DNA of 59,587 bases, the filler included, from Sluysia triapertura (lineage: Eukaryota), in assembly GCA_046118255.1 (NCBI GenBank). It is 4 parts of 4 records of this genome, joined end to end, with 100 filler letters (N's around TTAATTAATTAA, not from the genome) between each part and the next. Parts side by side here need not be neighbours in the genome. Positions count along the whole stretch, not along the records: positions 1 to 18,507 come from JBJNIA010138614.1; positions 18,608 to 31,973 come from JBJNIA010044238.1; 2 more parts are not named here. One strand, written 5' to 3'. The notes below the pieces were generated by a model. It did no database searches, was not told the origin of the DNA, and worked only from the letters and a program-made list of their open reading frames with translations. The position numbers and the translations under genes are program-made. Every line of letters begins with the position of its first letter. The stretch's first letter is position 1. Below are positions 14,545-28,616 of the stretch, one piece after another.

Positions 14545-17105
14545 ATATTCTGTCCTACAGTTATTGGTTGCACGTTTTTATTGTTAAATGTTGCTTTACA
14601 TTAATACGATGTCATAAAAATCAAACTAGAACATATCTCCTTATTGATGAACTATTTCTAAAGGTATTTTATTGTCTTGTTACTGTTATTTTATTGTTTA
14701 CTATAAAATTTCGCGTTCTAAATTTAATTGTATTGTTCGAAATAATTTTACTTCTTTTCGTTAAAAGCCTTAAGCCTAAATTAATTTTTTTAAAGATACA
14801 AAAAATAATGAATTTTTTCATAAATTTAATGTGTTTAATGTTAGAAAAATAATACATCAATTAACGCCGAAGAAAACCGGAATGAATCAGGTTCAGTTTT
14901 TTGACAATGTCTGTGACAACTGATCTTTATGCAATTCTGTATTTAACTAAATTTTTGGTTTGATTTTAAATACATTTTGCTTATCTTATTGAATAAAATC
15001 ACTTTGTGATAAAATTAAATCTTATTCCATGTATTTAGAATGAAATATAATTAATAATATATTATTAATATAAATAATATATTAAACGGTTAATCAAAAT
15101 TAAATACATTAATTAAAATTTCATCACAGTGATTTGAGAATAATATTTTTATTTTCCAACCAAATAATATATAATAATAAACAATGTTATAATAATGATA
15201 ATATTAATAATAATAATGATTATTATTATTGCTAATATTATTTTCATTATTATTATTATTATTATTTTCATTATTCTTATTATTTTGATTAAGGCTGTGG
15301 CAGTAGGATTAAATTTTAATAATTAGTGAATTTGAGATCTGATGATATTGATTGAGAATGGTCTCAAAGGAAATATTTACAAAATAGAAAATCTCGTGTG
15401 CTTTTGCAACAATATGGTTTGAAAAAAATCAATAAAATTATTTAAACTTGTTCTTCAAATATCTTTGTAAATATGTTTTGTTAATATTAAACTTTTAATT
15501 AAAACAATCACATTTTTCTAGTTGTAAATTATTTAAATTTAAAATTTTAATTATTATAATAATTAGACAATATAAAGCGCTTTTTTTCTTATAGAATAGT
15601 CATATAGAAAATCACAATAGATTTTAAGATTACATTGATTTAAATTAAATATTATTCGCCTTATTTTATTTAAATTAATGTGTGGCCTGTACGCATAACT
15701 AACGTCAATAAATTAATAATTAAAATGGTTTTAAATAAAACACTTTTTCTATAATTTTACTGCGAAAACTTTGTAAAATTTTTTTAAATTCACTTTAAAT
15801 TTCATTGCACTTTTTTATTTCAAATACAAATTATTATTTAAAGAATAATTTAATTTAACTTAAGCTTTTGAGAATATGAGATTATAAAACCAATACCATA
15901 TTGAAAAGTATTGAATGTAACATTTAATAAAGCAAAATGTATACTGTAATAAAATTATAGAGTAAATATTTCAACTTTGCAAGACTAAATAATAAACTGT
16001 TTTAAATAGTTTATTTAATTAAGTTAATATAAAATGCATTTATTACATTAAATAAATAGACATTCATCAATCATTCTTTAAGTTAACCTTATTAATTATA
16101 GCAATTGTAAAGCTATTTATAAAAATAAATTGTCTTTTATTAAATTTAAATTTACAATGAAAATTATAAAGAAAACCACGAAAAAAAGTAAAGCAAAAGC
16201 ACATAATGGATGGTTATTTTTACATTATAAGAATAAAAATTAAACTAAATAAAAAGGAAATAAATTTTAAAATAAAGTACATGTAAATTATTTAAATATT
16301 CTGGTATTCGCAGTAGTTTCAATGAACAACGAAAGAACTATGAATGAAATACTTCGAAAAATACAAATAAATAGAATGACAATAATGTAGAATAGAACTT
16401 ACAGCACTTAATTAGTCAGTAAGGAAAGCGGCTTAGAAATGTAAAAATATGATAGAAGTAAAAAATGAACATTAGTATGTACAAACAAATGCAAGACAAC
16501 ACATAAATCTTAAATAATTGTATGTAAATAAATTAGTTAATTACAATATGTTCAGACCAATATTATAGTAAAAAATACATAAGTTATGTAAGGAAAAAAT
16601 TTTATATTGAAAGAAATTAATTAGACCGAGGTCTTAACTATAGAAAATCTATTGTAGAATGAAATTCAAAAAGAATTTTGGCCACAATAAAGCAGAGTAA
16701 ATACTGTACAAAGTAAAACAAAATAAAATATGGACACACGTTTAAAATTAGTTCATTTATTGTTAAATATTTCTACGATATTCATAAAATTGATTCTAAA
16801 TAACAATTGTATTTGATTAGTAGGTGTTTATAAATTCTCCGGGATAATAATTTTATATTTAATTAATTAAATTAATTAATTAATTAATTAATTTTATATT
16901 TCATTAATATATATTTAATTAACTATTAATTATTATATTCATAATAGACATAGTGACTATATTATCAAGAAATATTCACAGCAATTGTCAGTTAAAAAAG
17001 AATTAAATTATTAAAATTATTAAGCAAAATCACCAAGTATGATTCCTTTCATTAAAAATTTTGTATGCCACTTGTGTAAATATGAACTGATAAATTAAAC
17101 TTTAG

Positions 17106-17483
17106 GTTTATCTTGGTTAAAGTGAATTAAGATTATGGCCCCTATAAAACAAAATGTAGGCATTACTCATAAATTGAGATTGGGATTAATACTTAAATAC
17201 GCAGCATTTCATAAAGAAATTCTTATTAATTTTGATTCAACCATATAGATGCCAAATTAGGAATGTCTTGCAGCTCTCGATAAAATTGAGGTACTTGAAG
17301 ATTAAATATATAGATTAGAGTATTGCCATACAACTAGGGCGTGATACAGCTCATCTTTGGTTAAGTAATGAATACAATCAACCTATAAATTTAGATTATC
17401 CACCAAGAGCAGAAGAAACATCTAGAGATGCTAAATCAAGTAAAGGAAGAATTAAAGCTGGTTCACCTAAATCAGGATCATAG
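17106..17483 (+). pseudogene. Unidentified spliced gene 3' end, probably pseudogenised (…ECLAALDKIE|SIAIQLGRDTAHLWL|NYPPRAEETSRDAKSSKGRIKAGSPKSGS*)
   Basis: Removing GT-AG introns 17291-17318 (28 nt) and 17365-17394 (30 nt) gives a continuous protein-like frame; the upstream part of the same frame has stops at 17123, 17246 and 17258. Confidence 0.5.
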
Positions 17484-18507
17484 GAAAATGTATATTGTTT
17501 TCAGCAAATATTTATATTTAAGAATAATTAATTAATATCATAATAATTATAAATTTCCATGGCGTAAATTAAAAAGTAACTGAAGTAAAAAATCAATAAA
17601 TATCAAATTATGTATTAAGATTTTTATGTTCTTGGCGTTCTTTATGAGGTCTACTCGTCAAAAAGTCAAAATCTTATTAAAAACATATGTTTTTTAATAG
17701 TGCAAATCAATTTAAAACTAATTAAATTCAATACTAGAACGTTTCGAAAAGACGTATTACAAGATCCTCATAACTTTTGAATTTTAAATAAATTTACAAT
17801 GCTTTAGGAAAAGCGTTATTCTATATATTGTGAGCATGTACGTAAAGAATTTGATATTTTAGAAGAAAGTGATTATTTAAATACTAAAAGCGAATTACAT
17901 GAGTTGTCTTAATTATAACGATGAGGATAATATTGTTTTTGAAATGGATATAAAATATTTATTTTTGAAATATTTTTGAAAGGGTTAATCGGCCATTGAA
18001 AATTCTTGGTATTGATTTCACCAGGCCTTAATCCGACTTTTAAAATTTCAAAGTTAAAAATAAATAAAATGAAAGAAAATTTAAGCTGAAATACATTTGA
18101 GGGAGCAAAAATGATAAGATCAAAAGTTTCAAACCATCCCTCAAAAATAATAATAATTATAATATTGTATTATAATATTATAATATTGTATTACAATATT
18201 ATAATATTGTAATTATAATATTGTATTTATATTATTATAAAATTAGTATAATTTCGAAAGGTTCTAATAGTTGCTAGAAAACTATTATTTTTGTGATTTT
18301 TATTTTATTTCTTAATTACTTAATTTAATAAAATTCTATATTTATTACATTATATAATTTAATAATTATACTTATATATAATTTTGTAACACCAAATATA
18401 AATTTAAGATAACTACCGAAGTCATGTGCCTGTGCTACATGTTCGTGCCAGATCATGCCGCTCGGGTATAAAGATAATAAATTATAATAATGTTAAAATA
18501 ATAATAA

Positions 18508-18607
18508 NNNNNNNNNNNNNNNNNNNNNNNNNNNNNNNNNNNNNNNNNNNNTTAATTAATTAANNNNNNNNNNNNNNNNNNNNNNNNNNNNNNNNNNNNN
18601 NNNNNNN
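18508..18607. other. Assembly gap with artificial TTAATTAATTAA linker (also 31974-32073 and 44228-44327; plain N gap at 43723-43876)
   Basis: Identical N44-TTAATTAATTAA-N44 layout three times. Confidence 0.95.
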
Positions 18608-19584
18608 TTAGGTAATTTTGATATTTTTAAAGATTTCTTTTTTGTAGAATATAATTCCTCAAGTTCATTAAATTCTTAATTTTGTAATGGCAGCTTTAGA
18701 ACTTTAAAATAGACGTAAAGTATCTATTAATCTCGATATATATAGGGGAAAATTTTGCTTTTAAAAACAATTTTAAGAAAATTAAAGACCTGCAAATATT
18801 TTAATTTAAAAAAATATTTTTCGTATAATTTTTGTGAGTTAATAAATATTAAAAATTTGTTTTCGTTGTTTTGAATATTAGAAGTTAAATTAATTTTGTT
18901 AAAATATTAAGCAGAGACTTTTGGCTAAGTAAGGTCTCGGTTAAGTAGACATAAATTAATATTTAAGAAATTGAATTATATAGATAGGATAAGAGTTTAA
19001 AGATATATATATATTTTGAGTTAATTGAAGTTAATTTATAAGACATTTACTGTAACCGAACCCTATTTGTAGAATATTTTGCAAAAGGTTAAGATTTCAG
19101 GAAACCACAGCATATCCAATAACTATGCAATGAAATTTGTTATATAATATAATTAATTATAGAAAAGTTATTATAGAATGAAATTAGAACATCAATTGCC
19201 CACATTTTAATATCTACACACATTTTAATGTTATACACACAAAGAAAACGTATTGCCACGAAACCTTCTATTTATAATTATAGTTGTATTACGGTATTTC
19301 TAGAGGCATTTCTGTTTTGATTGTGATTCAATTAGATCTCATTATTTAATTACAGTTTCAGTTATATTACAGTAATGTAACAGAGGTTCGCATTTTATTT
19401 GTCATTCAAGGACGCATACCATCAAGATTTTAAAATTAAAATTAAATCAATTTAAAAAAATCTGAATTGCAAATAAAAGATAAAGATTAAGTTTTAAATT
19501 GAAATGTACTTAAAAATAGACAACTTTCATAACGATTTCTTTTTTTTAAATTTTTTCTTACATTTCTCTTACAAAATAAATATT

Positions 19585-19760
19585 TGTGGTGGGTTCACGT
19601 ACAATATAAGATTTATTCTCTACTGAGTGGCGAGGGTCTTATTTATTCTACGCCGCACCTGTTCCATGATTCTCTTTATCTTAGTTAATTAATTCTTTAA
19701 ATAGCTTATATTAATTCTCTGTAATGTTAATCGTTAATCAGTAATCATTTAAATCCCACA
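19585..19760 (+). mobile_element. Short LTR-like/MITE-like element (TGTGG...CCACA)
   Basis: Inverted 5-bp termini around a GC-richer core; no TSD visible. Confidence 0.3.
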
Positions 19761-21616
19761 AAAGTATGATATGACACTTTAATAGTTACTTATTTAATAT
19801 TTCACTAATTTAAAATTCTTCCTTTTACAAATTCAATTAAATAAAATAACTAATGTTTATTATGATCAAACCAGTGTTAATCAAAACTTAATAGTCTATT
19901 GAAGATAAATAAATAAATTAAATATACAACAACTCTTCCAATGACAATTTATTTTATCAGACCAAGTCTAATAAATTTAATCTTAAATCTGATTAGTGTT
20001 TATACTTTAAGTTACATTTTATGTAAAGTAAAAACCTATGTAATAAAAACTTACGAATTAATTAATTATAAATTAATTGTCTCCGTCAAATGACTGCCTA
20101 TTTAGGTTATGTACGACGAAATTTAGACGACCTTTGAATAATCTTTGAATTCCTAATTGAATTTAATAGTCCATTATTCTTCTACAGCTTGTTACGTTTG
20201 TTGTGTCTTACCATTTAAAAATGACTTCTTAAATATTGTATTTTTCTTAACCATTAAGGATTTGATTAATTAGTTTTATATTATAACAGTAATAGAAATT
20301 AATTCATATTGTATTTAAGTTTTTATTTAAACATTAATTTAAGGAAATCAATTATTAATTAACTTTTTATTTCACTTATTTTTCATTTACTTTTCGTTTA
20401 GAAAGTAAATTAATTAATTATTTATTATTATACTATTATTTATTATTTATTATTATTTATTATTATTATTGACAATAAATCTTGATTAACGGAATAGTTT
20501 ATTGATTAAATTTGTTGTTTAACAAAAAAGAAAAAATATTTTTAAAAGTTATAAAATTTTTGCTATTGTTTAAATTTTTTGTGACCCTCAAAAATTATTA
20601 TAAATAACTAACACATAAAACACATAATTCACGATTTTTAATTCTAAATTTGCAATTCACCATTTACAAATCGCAACAGATTTTTTGAAATGAGTTCTAC
20701 TTCGAGCATCAACATCGATTGACTATATTCGATAATTTCATACAGGAAAGATAATAATTGCGTTAGTCAATTTTTTTAGGTTTTAACAACTGTTTAGAGT
20801 TGATGCAAATTACATTAAAATCCTTATTTAAAATTTTTATTCAACCGATTAAAGTGTTGATGTAACATCTATTTAAAACATCTATAATTTAAATTTTGTA
20901 ATTTTTATATATTCATTACATATAAACTCATTGTGATTAATACCCAATTTTGTCTTAATATAAACTGTTTAAATTGTATAATTAATTAAACTTATATAGT
21001 CACAAAATTACCCAGAATACTTCGTGTCTTGTTAATTTAGTATTAAATTTCATTTTGGCAGATTCTTTTTAATTATATTATATATAATTTAACCTGTTAT
21101 TGCCATAAGACAGAAACTAAATCCCTGACATTATAACATTAGTTCTTTAACTAGACTATTGACACTTTAGCATATAAAAAGCCTCCAAAAGACTTTATAC
21201 GCCACTTACGTATTAGACCTTAAGGAAGTAAGTCTAATATCGTAACGAATTCACGTAGATTAAAATCTAAATAAATAATCACACCACATAAATATTGTAC
21301 ATTAGTTATTAATATTAATTATTATTAGTTAATCATTTTTATTTTTTAGATCGTCATTTAGTTTTAATGCATCGACACCACATATATATATATATGAAAA
21401 ATTTTTAGACTAACTTTGGGAGTTTAGAAAGTGGATTGAATACTCTGATATTATATTTCTAAAGTAATAAATTTTTATACCAGAATCTTGCCAACAAAAA
21501 CTAATTAAAGAATTAACCAATAAGATATGAGAGACAAAATCTAACGTGATTAAAATTAATTCGTTTATACTCTAAAATTATGAAAATAAATACTCTCGAA
21601 AATATTTTAAATTTAA

Positions 21617-21775
21617 CCCTTTTGTTACCAGTGATATATATTTGTGACGAGAATTCATTATCAGTTCTGCATCGTGCCACACAGATAGGTTACTTTAAAA
21701 AACAATAAAATAGATACGTGATGTTGTTGGTTTGCCGATATTTACTTTTCCCCTGAGACCCTGGTAGCGAAAGGG
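21617..21775. mobile_element. Non-autonomous piggyBac-type MITE
   Basis: TTAA on both sides; TIR cccttttgttaccag / ctggtagcgaaaggg. Confidence 0.85.
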
Positions 21776-23269
21776 TTAAATTTTGAAATTATTAAATAAC
21801 TATTTATAAAATTCTAAAGTTGTGTTAATTTTGTGCTACCATATAAAAACAATTTGAAAAACGAACATTAAGTAATAAATCTAAGCTATTTATTACAAAT
21901 TATTCAATTATACAGAATAATACCTTGTTTCAAATATATCTTCACTTAATAGTTATACACTTCATAGTTTTTGTTTTTTCATTTCTATTTTAATAGAATC
22001 ATGTACTTTTTGTATTACGGTGCTACCGTCTAATTATATATTTGGAGTTCCAGTGTATGTCTCTTGTTTGTCTCGTTTTCATTTTCTTTTGTTATTTTTT
22101 ATTTCCAAATATTAAAAGTGTTTTGTTAGAATTACTAAAAAATTCTTTCACACTTATTAAGACATTTTAGATTTATTTTATTTTAATAGTATTTAACATA
22201 TTTTCAATATTATATTACCTATAAATTTATTTTATATAAATGTTTTTAAAGTTATATTTCTAAGAAATTTTAATTCACATTTGTCTCATTGTGAATAGAA
22301 AATTATACTTTCATATTTTCTATGTAATAAAAAGATAAATCAAATTATTTCTTTTAAATTAAAATATTAATACTGATTATTTTATTTTAATTTATTTATT
22401 ATAAAGATAAAACGATAAAATAAATTTGCTGCAACTGAATTAATTTTAAAATTACTCATGAACAAAATTCACCACTTAAACTCATCACAGTGAAATTAAA
22501 CATTTTTAATTTTTTATCAAGTAAAAAAATAACATTCTAATTTTAGCTTTATTTGTTTATATAAAATTAATTATTTAATATCAATTTTAATTAATTTCAT
22601 TAAATATATGTAAAACTTGAAATATTTGAATATTTAATTTCAATAACAAATTAATTGAATAAAATAAAATAAAACACATGCATTGAAAAATTAATTATTA
22701 ATGATCAAAATAGCTTTCAAATTAAATTTTTAAAATGAAGTAATAAATTTATTAAATTTTTATTTATTTTGCTACTTATTTAATTTATTTAATTCTGTAT
22801 ATTTTTAAAAGAATTTTTGTTTTATATTTATTGTAAAAATTGTAATGGCCGTGATAATATTTGATTCAAATTAAAATTTAAGTTCAAAATCGTTAAAAAT
22901 AAAAATATTGATACAAATTATTAAAATATTATTATTCGCTTTTTCAAAAAAATAAATAAAATAAAGCAGTTTCGAAATGGACTTAAGGTCCTTGTAATCC
23001 ATAAAATTAGAAATATTATTATTGGGCTTATTAAGAAAATAATTAAAATAAAATAGTTTCTCATATATTAAAACATAATGTAAAAACATATTTATACTGA
23101 ACTTTTTCAATGTATAATCTGACTTCTTTAGAGGTGACACGATTTCGCGTTTTACCGTAGGACTTTCTGCCGTTGATGATTTTGAAGTTTTCACGTAACA
23201 TAATTTAAGTTCAGTACATTGAACAAAAAACAATATATGTGCTAACATATGTCAAATCAGGTGACAACT

Positions 23270-24172
23270 TACATTAACTTTCACCTATTCTTAGTATTGC
23301 ATCGTTGTCGGTGAAGCGTGATAAGTCTCTAATTTGAACTCCTGGATAACAAAAAATCGATGCATTTTAAAAGTGTCCTCTTTAGGAGATAACGTGCTAC
23401 TTAAAAATAGTTTTCTAACTTTGTATTATCATTCTGAGTGTTGAAAAACATGGAAGGACTATAAGTAACCCTTCGATGGCTATGATACAATTTTGTTAAA
23501 AGGGAGCCAGGAAAAATACATAACATAAATTCAGTATCTTGCAAAAGAACAACACTAAAATTATTGCATAAAATTGTTCATAAGGTTGAAACATTTGGCA
23601 CGTAACTTTCTTCATAGATACGTGTGATTACTACTATTACTATCAACAATTATAAGATAAGAATTTATATCCCTGTCATGACAATCACTTCTTTTAAATT
23701 TAAAAATGTTATCAATTAAATTGTACATAATTCTTGAATAAACACAAAGCAATAAAGAATAATTAACAGAAGGAATAAGGTAACTTTTTTGAGTAGTAAC
23801 TAACAGAGTATTCCGTGAACACCATTTCACGGCTTTGTGATTGGAATACAGTATACACTTTTGAACAGATTGGCTCCATTTTAAAAACCATAAAAATCGA
23901 CACTCATCAAAACAAAATGTCGATACATTATGTCGGTAATATTCATATATGATATGCCTGCGAAGAGTTGTTATGACAAAAGATAACTCTAGTTCTACAT
24001 GTGGTCCTTCATTCAGCTTAAGTTCCTTACGACTTTGATCGACATGATTATCCAACTGATAATCATGACAAATTTTACCATACAATACATCGTGAATAAT
24101 TGGAAGATCAAGCATCAATTTGGATAACTTGTTATGAAACCATTTTGCATTCAAAAGCCATTTGTTTACCAT
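23270..24172 (-). mobile_element. Decayed retroelement-like ORF (186-aa open part plus broken downstream frames)
   Basis: ORF 23612-24172 followed by a fragment IFCYPGVQIRDL...AILRIG resembling the SGNH esterase domain of some retrotransposons; begins downstream of the LTR-like repeat at 24359-24596. Confidence 0.35.
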
Positions 24173-24358
24173 TTATTTTTACTTAAAGAATCTTCAGAAA
24201 ATTAATGTAATGTAACATCAGTAACCATCTTATAAATTTATATTTATATCGTTTTTTATCGGTCTCAAATTAAATTGGAGTACGTATTTAAACAAATAAA
24301 AAAGAACTAATTTTTTACGTAAAAAATTAAATATAATTTACATAAATAATTCAACCAC

Positions 24359-24596
24359 TGTAATGCTTTCAGAGGTGATGTTGAGGCAGATTAGAAAGAC
24401 GATATCCACAGGAATAATTGTGATGTAGATGTGATCGATTATAGTAGTTTAAATGTTAATGATTTTATTTTGAGTTTGGGAGTTTGTGTGACATGAGATG
24501 AGGTAGTGAAATATAGAAAATATTAGTAAATGGATTTTATGTAAATGCGTAACTGTATACAACAATAAAAGTAAAGTTTATGGCTGGGTCACCACA
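24359..24596 (-). mobile_element. LTR-like repeat related to R1
   Basis: tgtaatgctttcagaggt left end and ggtcaccaca right end resemble R1 termini; TGG follows 1 nt after the end on the minus strand (possible PBS). Confidence 0.4.
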
Positions 24597-26503
24597 AATA
24601 TACTTACAATAAATATGAAATACTCTGTCACTGCACATATATTAATTTAATTTCTAAAAATACATATATTTATTCCTAATATTAATTTCTAAAAATAAAA
24701 TGTAACCGCTATACATAAATCATTGATTATTGATTTTAAGGTATTAATATTATTATTGTCATTATTATTAAATGCATTAATAAAGTAATAATTTTAATGA
24801 ATTAATATAAATAAAATAATAATTTTGAATAAAATTTAAATAAATGTAAAAATAACTTTTAATAAGCTCGAGGTCACTGTAAAGTTAGTATAAAAATTAT
24901 AATAATTTTGTCCAACCACACATAAAATCTATAATCTATTAGTATTTTACAATTTTAGTGGAGAAACTTTAGTTGAATTTGGATTTGGATTAGTGTTTAA
25001 TTCAGTGGAGGTCTTTAATCATTCTCTCGGATACAGTTTTCTTTGTCGTTAGTTGAATTTTACTTAGAATATTCATTTTAATTAAGAATAGTAAAATACA
25101 CGTAAATTACTCGAATAATTAAAATATTTTGGAATATTTAGTAAAATACTTGTTAATATTTATATAAAGATTATGTATTAATCTGTAATTTTATATTGTA
25201 TGTTTTATATTTTAATTGTACTTTAATTTTTAATTGTATCGTAATTGGTAAAATATAAACATTCAAGAGTTTATCAGTCATTAAAATTTTTATCGGCAGA
25301 AAATTAATACTTTAACATCGTTTTTAAAATTAAATAAACACGGTAGTAAATTCATTTGTAACAACCTAAACTATGAATTGACAATTAAATTAACTTCTAG
25401 CTTAAGTAGAAATTTTATTACTGATGCATATCACAGAAGCAATTAAAACTAATCACGAACTAGTTTAAAACCATCAAAGAGGAGCCTCCATTAACTTTTG
25501 TTATTAGCTGATACCCACGGACTAGCTCTTAAGTGTGTAAGCTTAGGATCGTAGGGGACTCACGAATTACATTTTTAATATAATTCTCATACAAAATCTG
25601 GCATCTAAAAGATGATGCATTGCAATATAATGCGTATAAAGTGATAAATAATCACAGGTGTTGCCGATATATCTAAAGCGAGTATTTAACGTATCCTTAA
25701 CAATAAGCTTTGAATCTATTCTTTCATATTTACTATGTAACCTCCAGACGCATTAATTCAACTTCAGTCTTGTAAACGAGTTCGATATATGCGTGACATT
25801 TGTAACTTTATCTCCTTTTTGAAAGGTGTAGTTGTGAACTTTGAAAATATTGATTTGTTCATTATATTGATGTGATCATTATTCACAAATTATGGCCAAT
25901 AAGAACTTCCCTTTAGTCAATATTATACTTTCTAACAAATTTAATTCCATAATAATCCAAATGCATTGTATCTTATATTGTGGTTTTATATCCAGTTTTA
26001 ACTAATTACATATTATCGATGTAATATTATATTTTAACAATGTATTTTTTAATATTATAACTATGTACTTTATTTATATCCACCTTGATAGTTAGTATTT
26101 GTTTGTGTCAGTTAGTATTCATTTTTTAACGGATTTTCCTCGTTTTATTGATATCTGCGTTTTATAAATATTGCCTTTTGCAGTTAATTAATTTAAATTT
26201 TTTTCTTCGTGTTTGTTTGCCAGTTTATTACTTCTACTTTGTCATGCGTACTTTTTTGCTTTTGTACTTTTTGAGTTTATTAGTAATTTGTAAAGTGAAA
26301 GAGCATGAATATTTAGACATTTTAGATAGAATTTAATTATATTTAAAATATTTTCATTTATTTAGACTATTTAAAATTTATTTAACAACTTCTTACACAT
26401 TTTCGCAACAATATTATTTTTATTTTCTTATTCTATTTTATTGAATTTTTACAATAATAGTAATAATAATAATAATTATTATTATTTATTTATTTATTTT
26501 TAA

Positions 26504-26725
26504 CCCTTTCACTACCAAACCCTTTTTGGTCCCATTTTATAATATTAACTTAATTTGCTAATAACTTATGGACATGGCATAATTGAAAAAATGTAACTGA
26601 CCAGCTGATTTCACGTCATTCAATAAACACTACACAACCATTGGGACGATCTGTTAGGCTGTTTAAAGCTACTGATGTAGAACATAGTTTCTGTGAGACC
26701 CATCGTCCCATTGGTAGTCAAAGGG
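26504..26725. mobile_element. Non-autonomous piggyBac-type MITE
   Basis: TTAA TSD; 15-bp TIR ccctttcactaccaa / ttggtagtcaaaggg (1 mismatch); internal inverted tgggacgat/atcgtccca. Confidence 0.88.
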
Positions 26726-27364
26726 TTAATATTAAATACTCAATACAGTAATATGCTTTTGATTTCAAGTGACTGAATATTTAAACAAAATTCAGCATTA
26801 AATTTATTAAATTGTTCTTCATTTCCTTCTTTTCTTTTCAGAAAAGGAAACACTAAGAACACAAATATCTAACATACTCTTTTGCAATTCTTTCTTCTAT
26901 ATCAATTAACTTACAATGCTTCAGCTCATCCTGCAAAAATGTCCTTTTCGATTGCATGTATTTCTGGGTTTTCTTTTCTTTTTTTAAGTCACAGACAATG
27001 TATAGAAAATGAGAAACGATAAATATAAAGAGAATGGTTGTTGGGGATGACAGTGATAATATGTTAACGTATTGCCCAATGCTATTAGGTAAATTTAGGG
27101 TTTTAAATTAGATTAAGAGTCTTAAAATATTTAATAGATTGTAAGTGTGAATTTTATTAAAAAGGTATATGAAGTTTACAATGAGCCTACTTGATATCTG
27201 GTGGTTATGTATTGGAATAAATTGGAATTGAAGTTTAATATTATGTATGGCGGTATGAGTACATGAAGTAATCGTGGAGACGGCACAAATGTGATTTTAA
27301 TTAGATTAAAAATAAAAATAAAAATGACATTGCAAAAATCATATAATAATATTTTATCTTAGAT

Positions 27365-27940
27365 CAGAGGTTCCCAAACTCTCTCGTAGACCCCTTGTCA
27401 TGTTTTTCAATTTTAGATAGAACCCCTTTGAACCACTTTGAAATATTTAAATTTCTAACAGTAGCGAAGTATCTATAGTATGAAAAAGTAAAAAACAACA
27501 CATTCTTATATATTTATTAATTAAATTTAAAATTTGAGTGTGTGCGAAGCGTGGCTATTTTCGCGCGGCCTTAGTGAAAGCACCAATCGTTGTTTCTCTT
27601 TCAGAAGACTCATACCTTTGTGGAATGAGTGAGTCGCATACTATAGAACGAGTGAGACGTTAAGTTAGGCGCGTACTATGGAGCGAGTAGAAACGCGTAT
27701 AAAATGCTCCGAGATCAAATTAAAGCAGTTTTAGACCGACGATATTAATTATAATAATAGTATTATATTTTCGTAATTTTTTTAATGCCAAAATTATATC
27801 AATTATACTGTTTTTTGAAATTTCTTGCCATTGAGCCCAATTTTCATTTCATAGACCCTCAATTTTTTTCGCCCACGTAGACCACTTGCAGGTTTTCATA
27901 GACCCATTGGGGTCTATATAGACTACTTTGGGAATCACTG
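27365..27940. mobile_element. Non-autonomous hAT (Buster/Charlie-type) element
   Basis: TIR cagaggttcccaaa / tttgggaatcactg; 8-bp TSD tcttagat/tcttaaat with central TA; repeated subterminal tagacc motifs. Confidence 0.9.
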
Positions 27941-28112
27941 TCTTAAATAAAAGTACGAATATAAAGTAGGTTTAAATATAAATCAAAATAAAATACTGCT
28001 TTTGTACAATACAAGTATACTTGAAAAACAATTTAAATGCTTTTGACATTTTTGTAAAATGATTCAGAAATTGTTGGCAAAGGTGAAGTTTTGAAGAACT
28101 TGGTGTTAGAAA

Positions 28113-28152
<40 letters not shown>

Positions 28153-28270
28153 GTCCAATATATTGACATATACTGTCTTGGTTCTGGAAATAAATCCTCA
28201 ATTATGCTGTCAGATTCTAATAATAATGATGGCTGTAATTTCTGACGATTGTTTAATGTATTTATCTTTT

Positions 28271-28616
28271 GAATACTGTGAAATTACTTTTTTTAGAAAA
28301 ACAAAATTCCTTTTGTTTCAGAGGTATTATAATGAAAGACTTATTCTAAGCACTTTGAGCAATACGATAAATAGGTAGTAGAAATAATAACAATAAAATT
28401 AGTTATAAAATAAGAGTAATAATAAAGAGATACATACAAATCAAACATATATACATAAATATTGCAAAAATAACAAAAATTTTAGTAATTATTAAATTAT
28501 TATGATTGTGTTTATGTTTTATACGTATTGAGTAGTGATTTGATGTGTTGTAGTTTTTTAATAATTTGTTTATGTAAGATGTGTTGGTGTTTGTGATTGG
28601 TCCGGAGTTCACTGCA
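28271..28616 (-). mobile_element. Solo-LTR-like repeat family R1
   Basis: Co-linear with 55916-56261 (e.g. tgagtagtg.tttgatgtgttgtagttt..taataa.ttgtttatgtaa); right end gagttcactgca; left end approximate. Confidence 0.7.

Noticed and set aside
15334-15395. Hammerhead ribozyme (CTGATGA...GAAA)
   Set aside because: No U-H cleavage triplet and irregular stem II; a similar weak case at ~42165-42195 lacks GAAA.
18552-18563. TTAATTAATTAA repeated inside gaps as a biological motif
   Set aside because: Identical N44-linker-N44 layout three times; an artificial all-frame-stop scaffold spacer.
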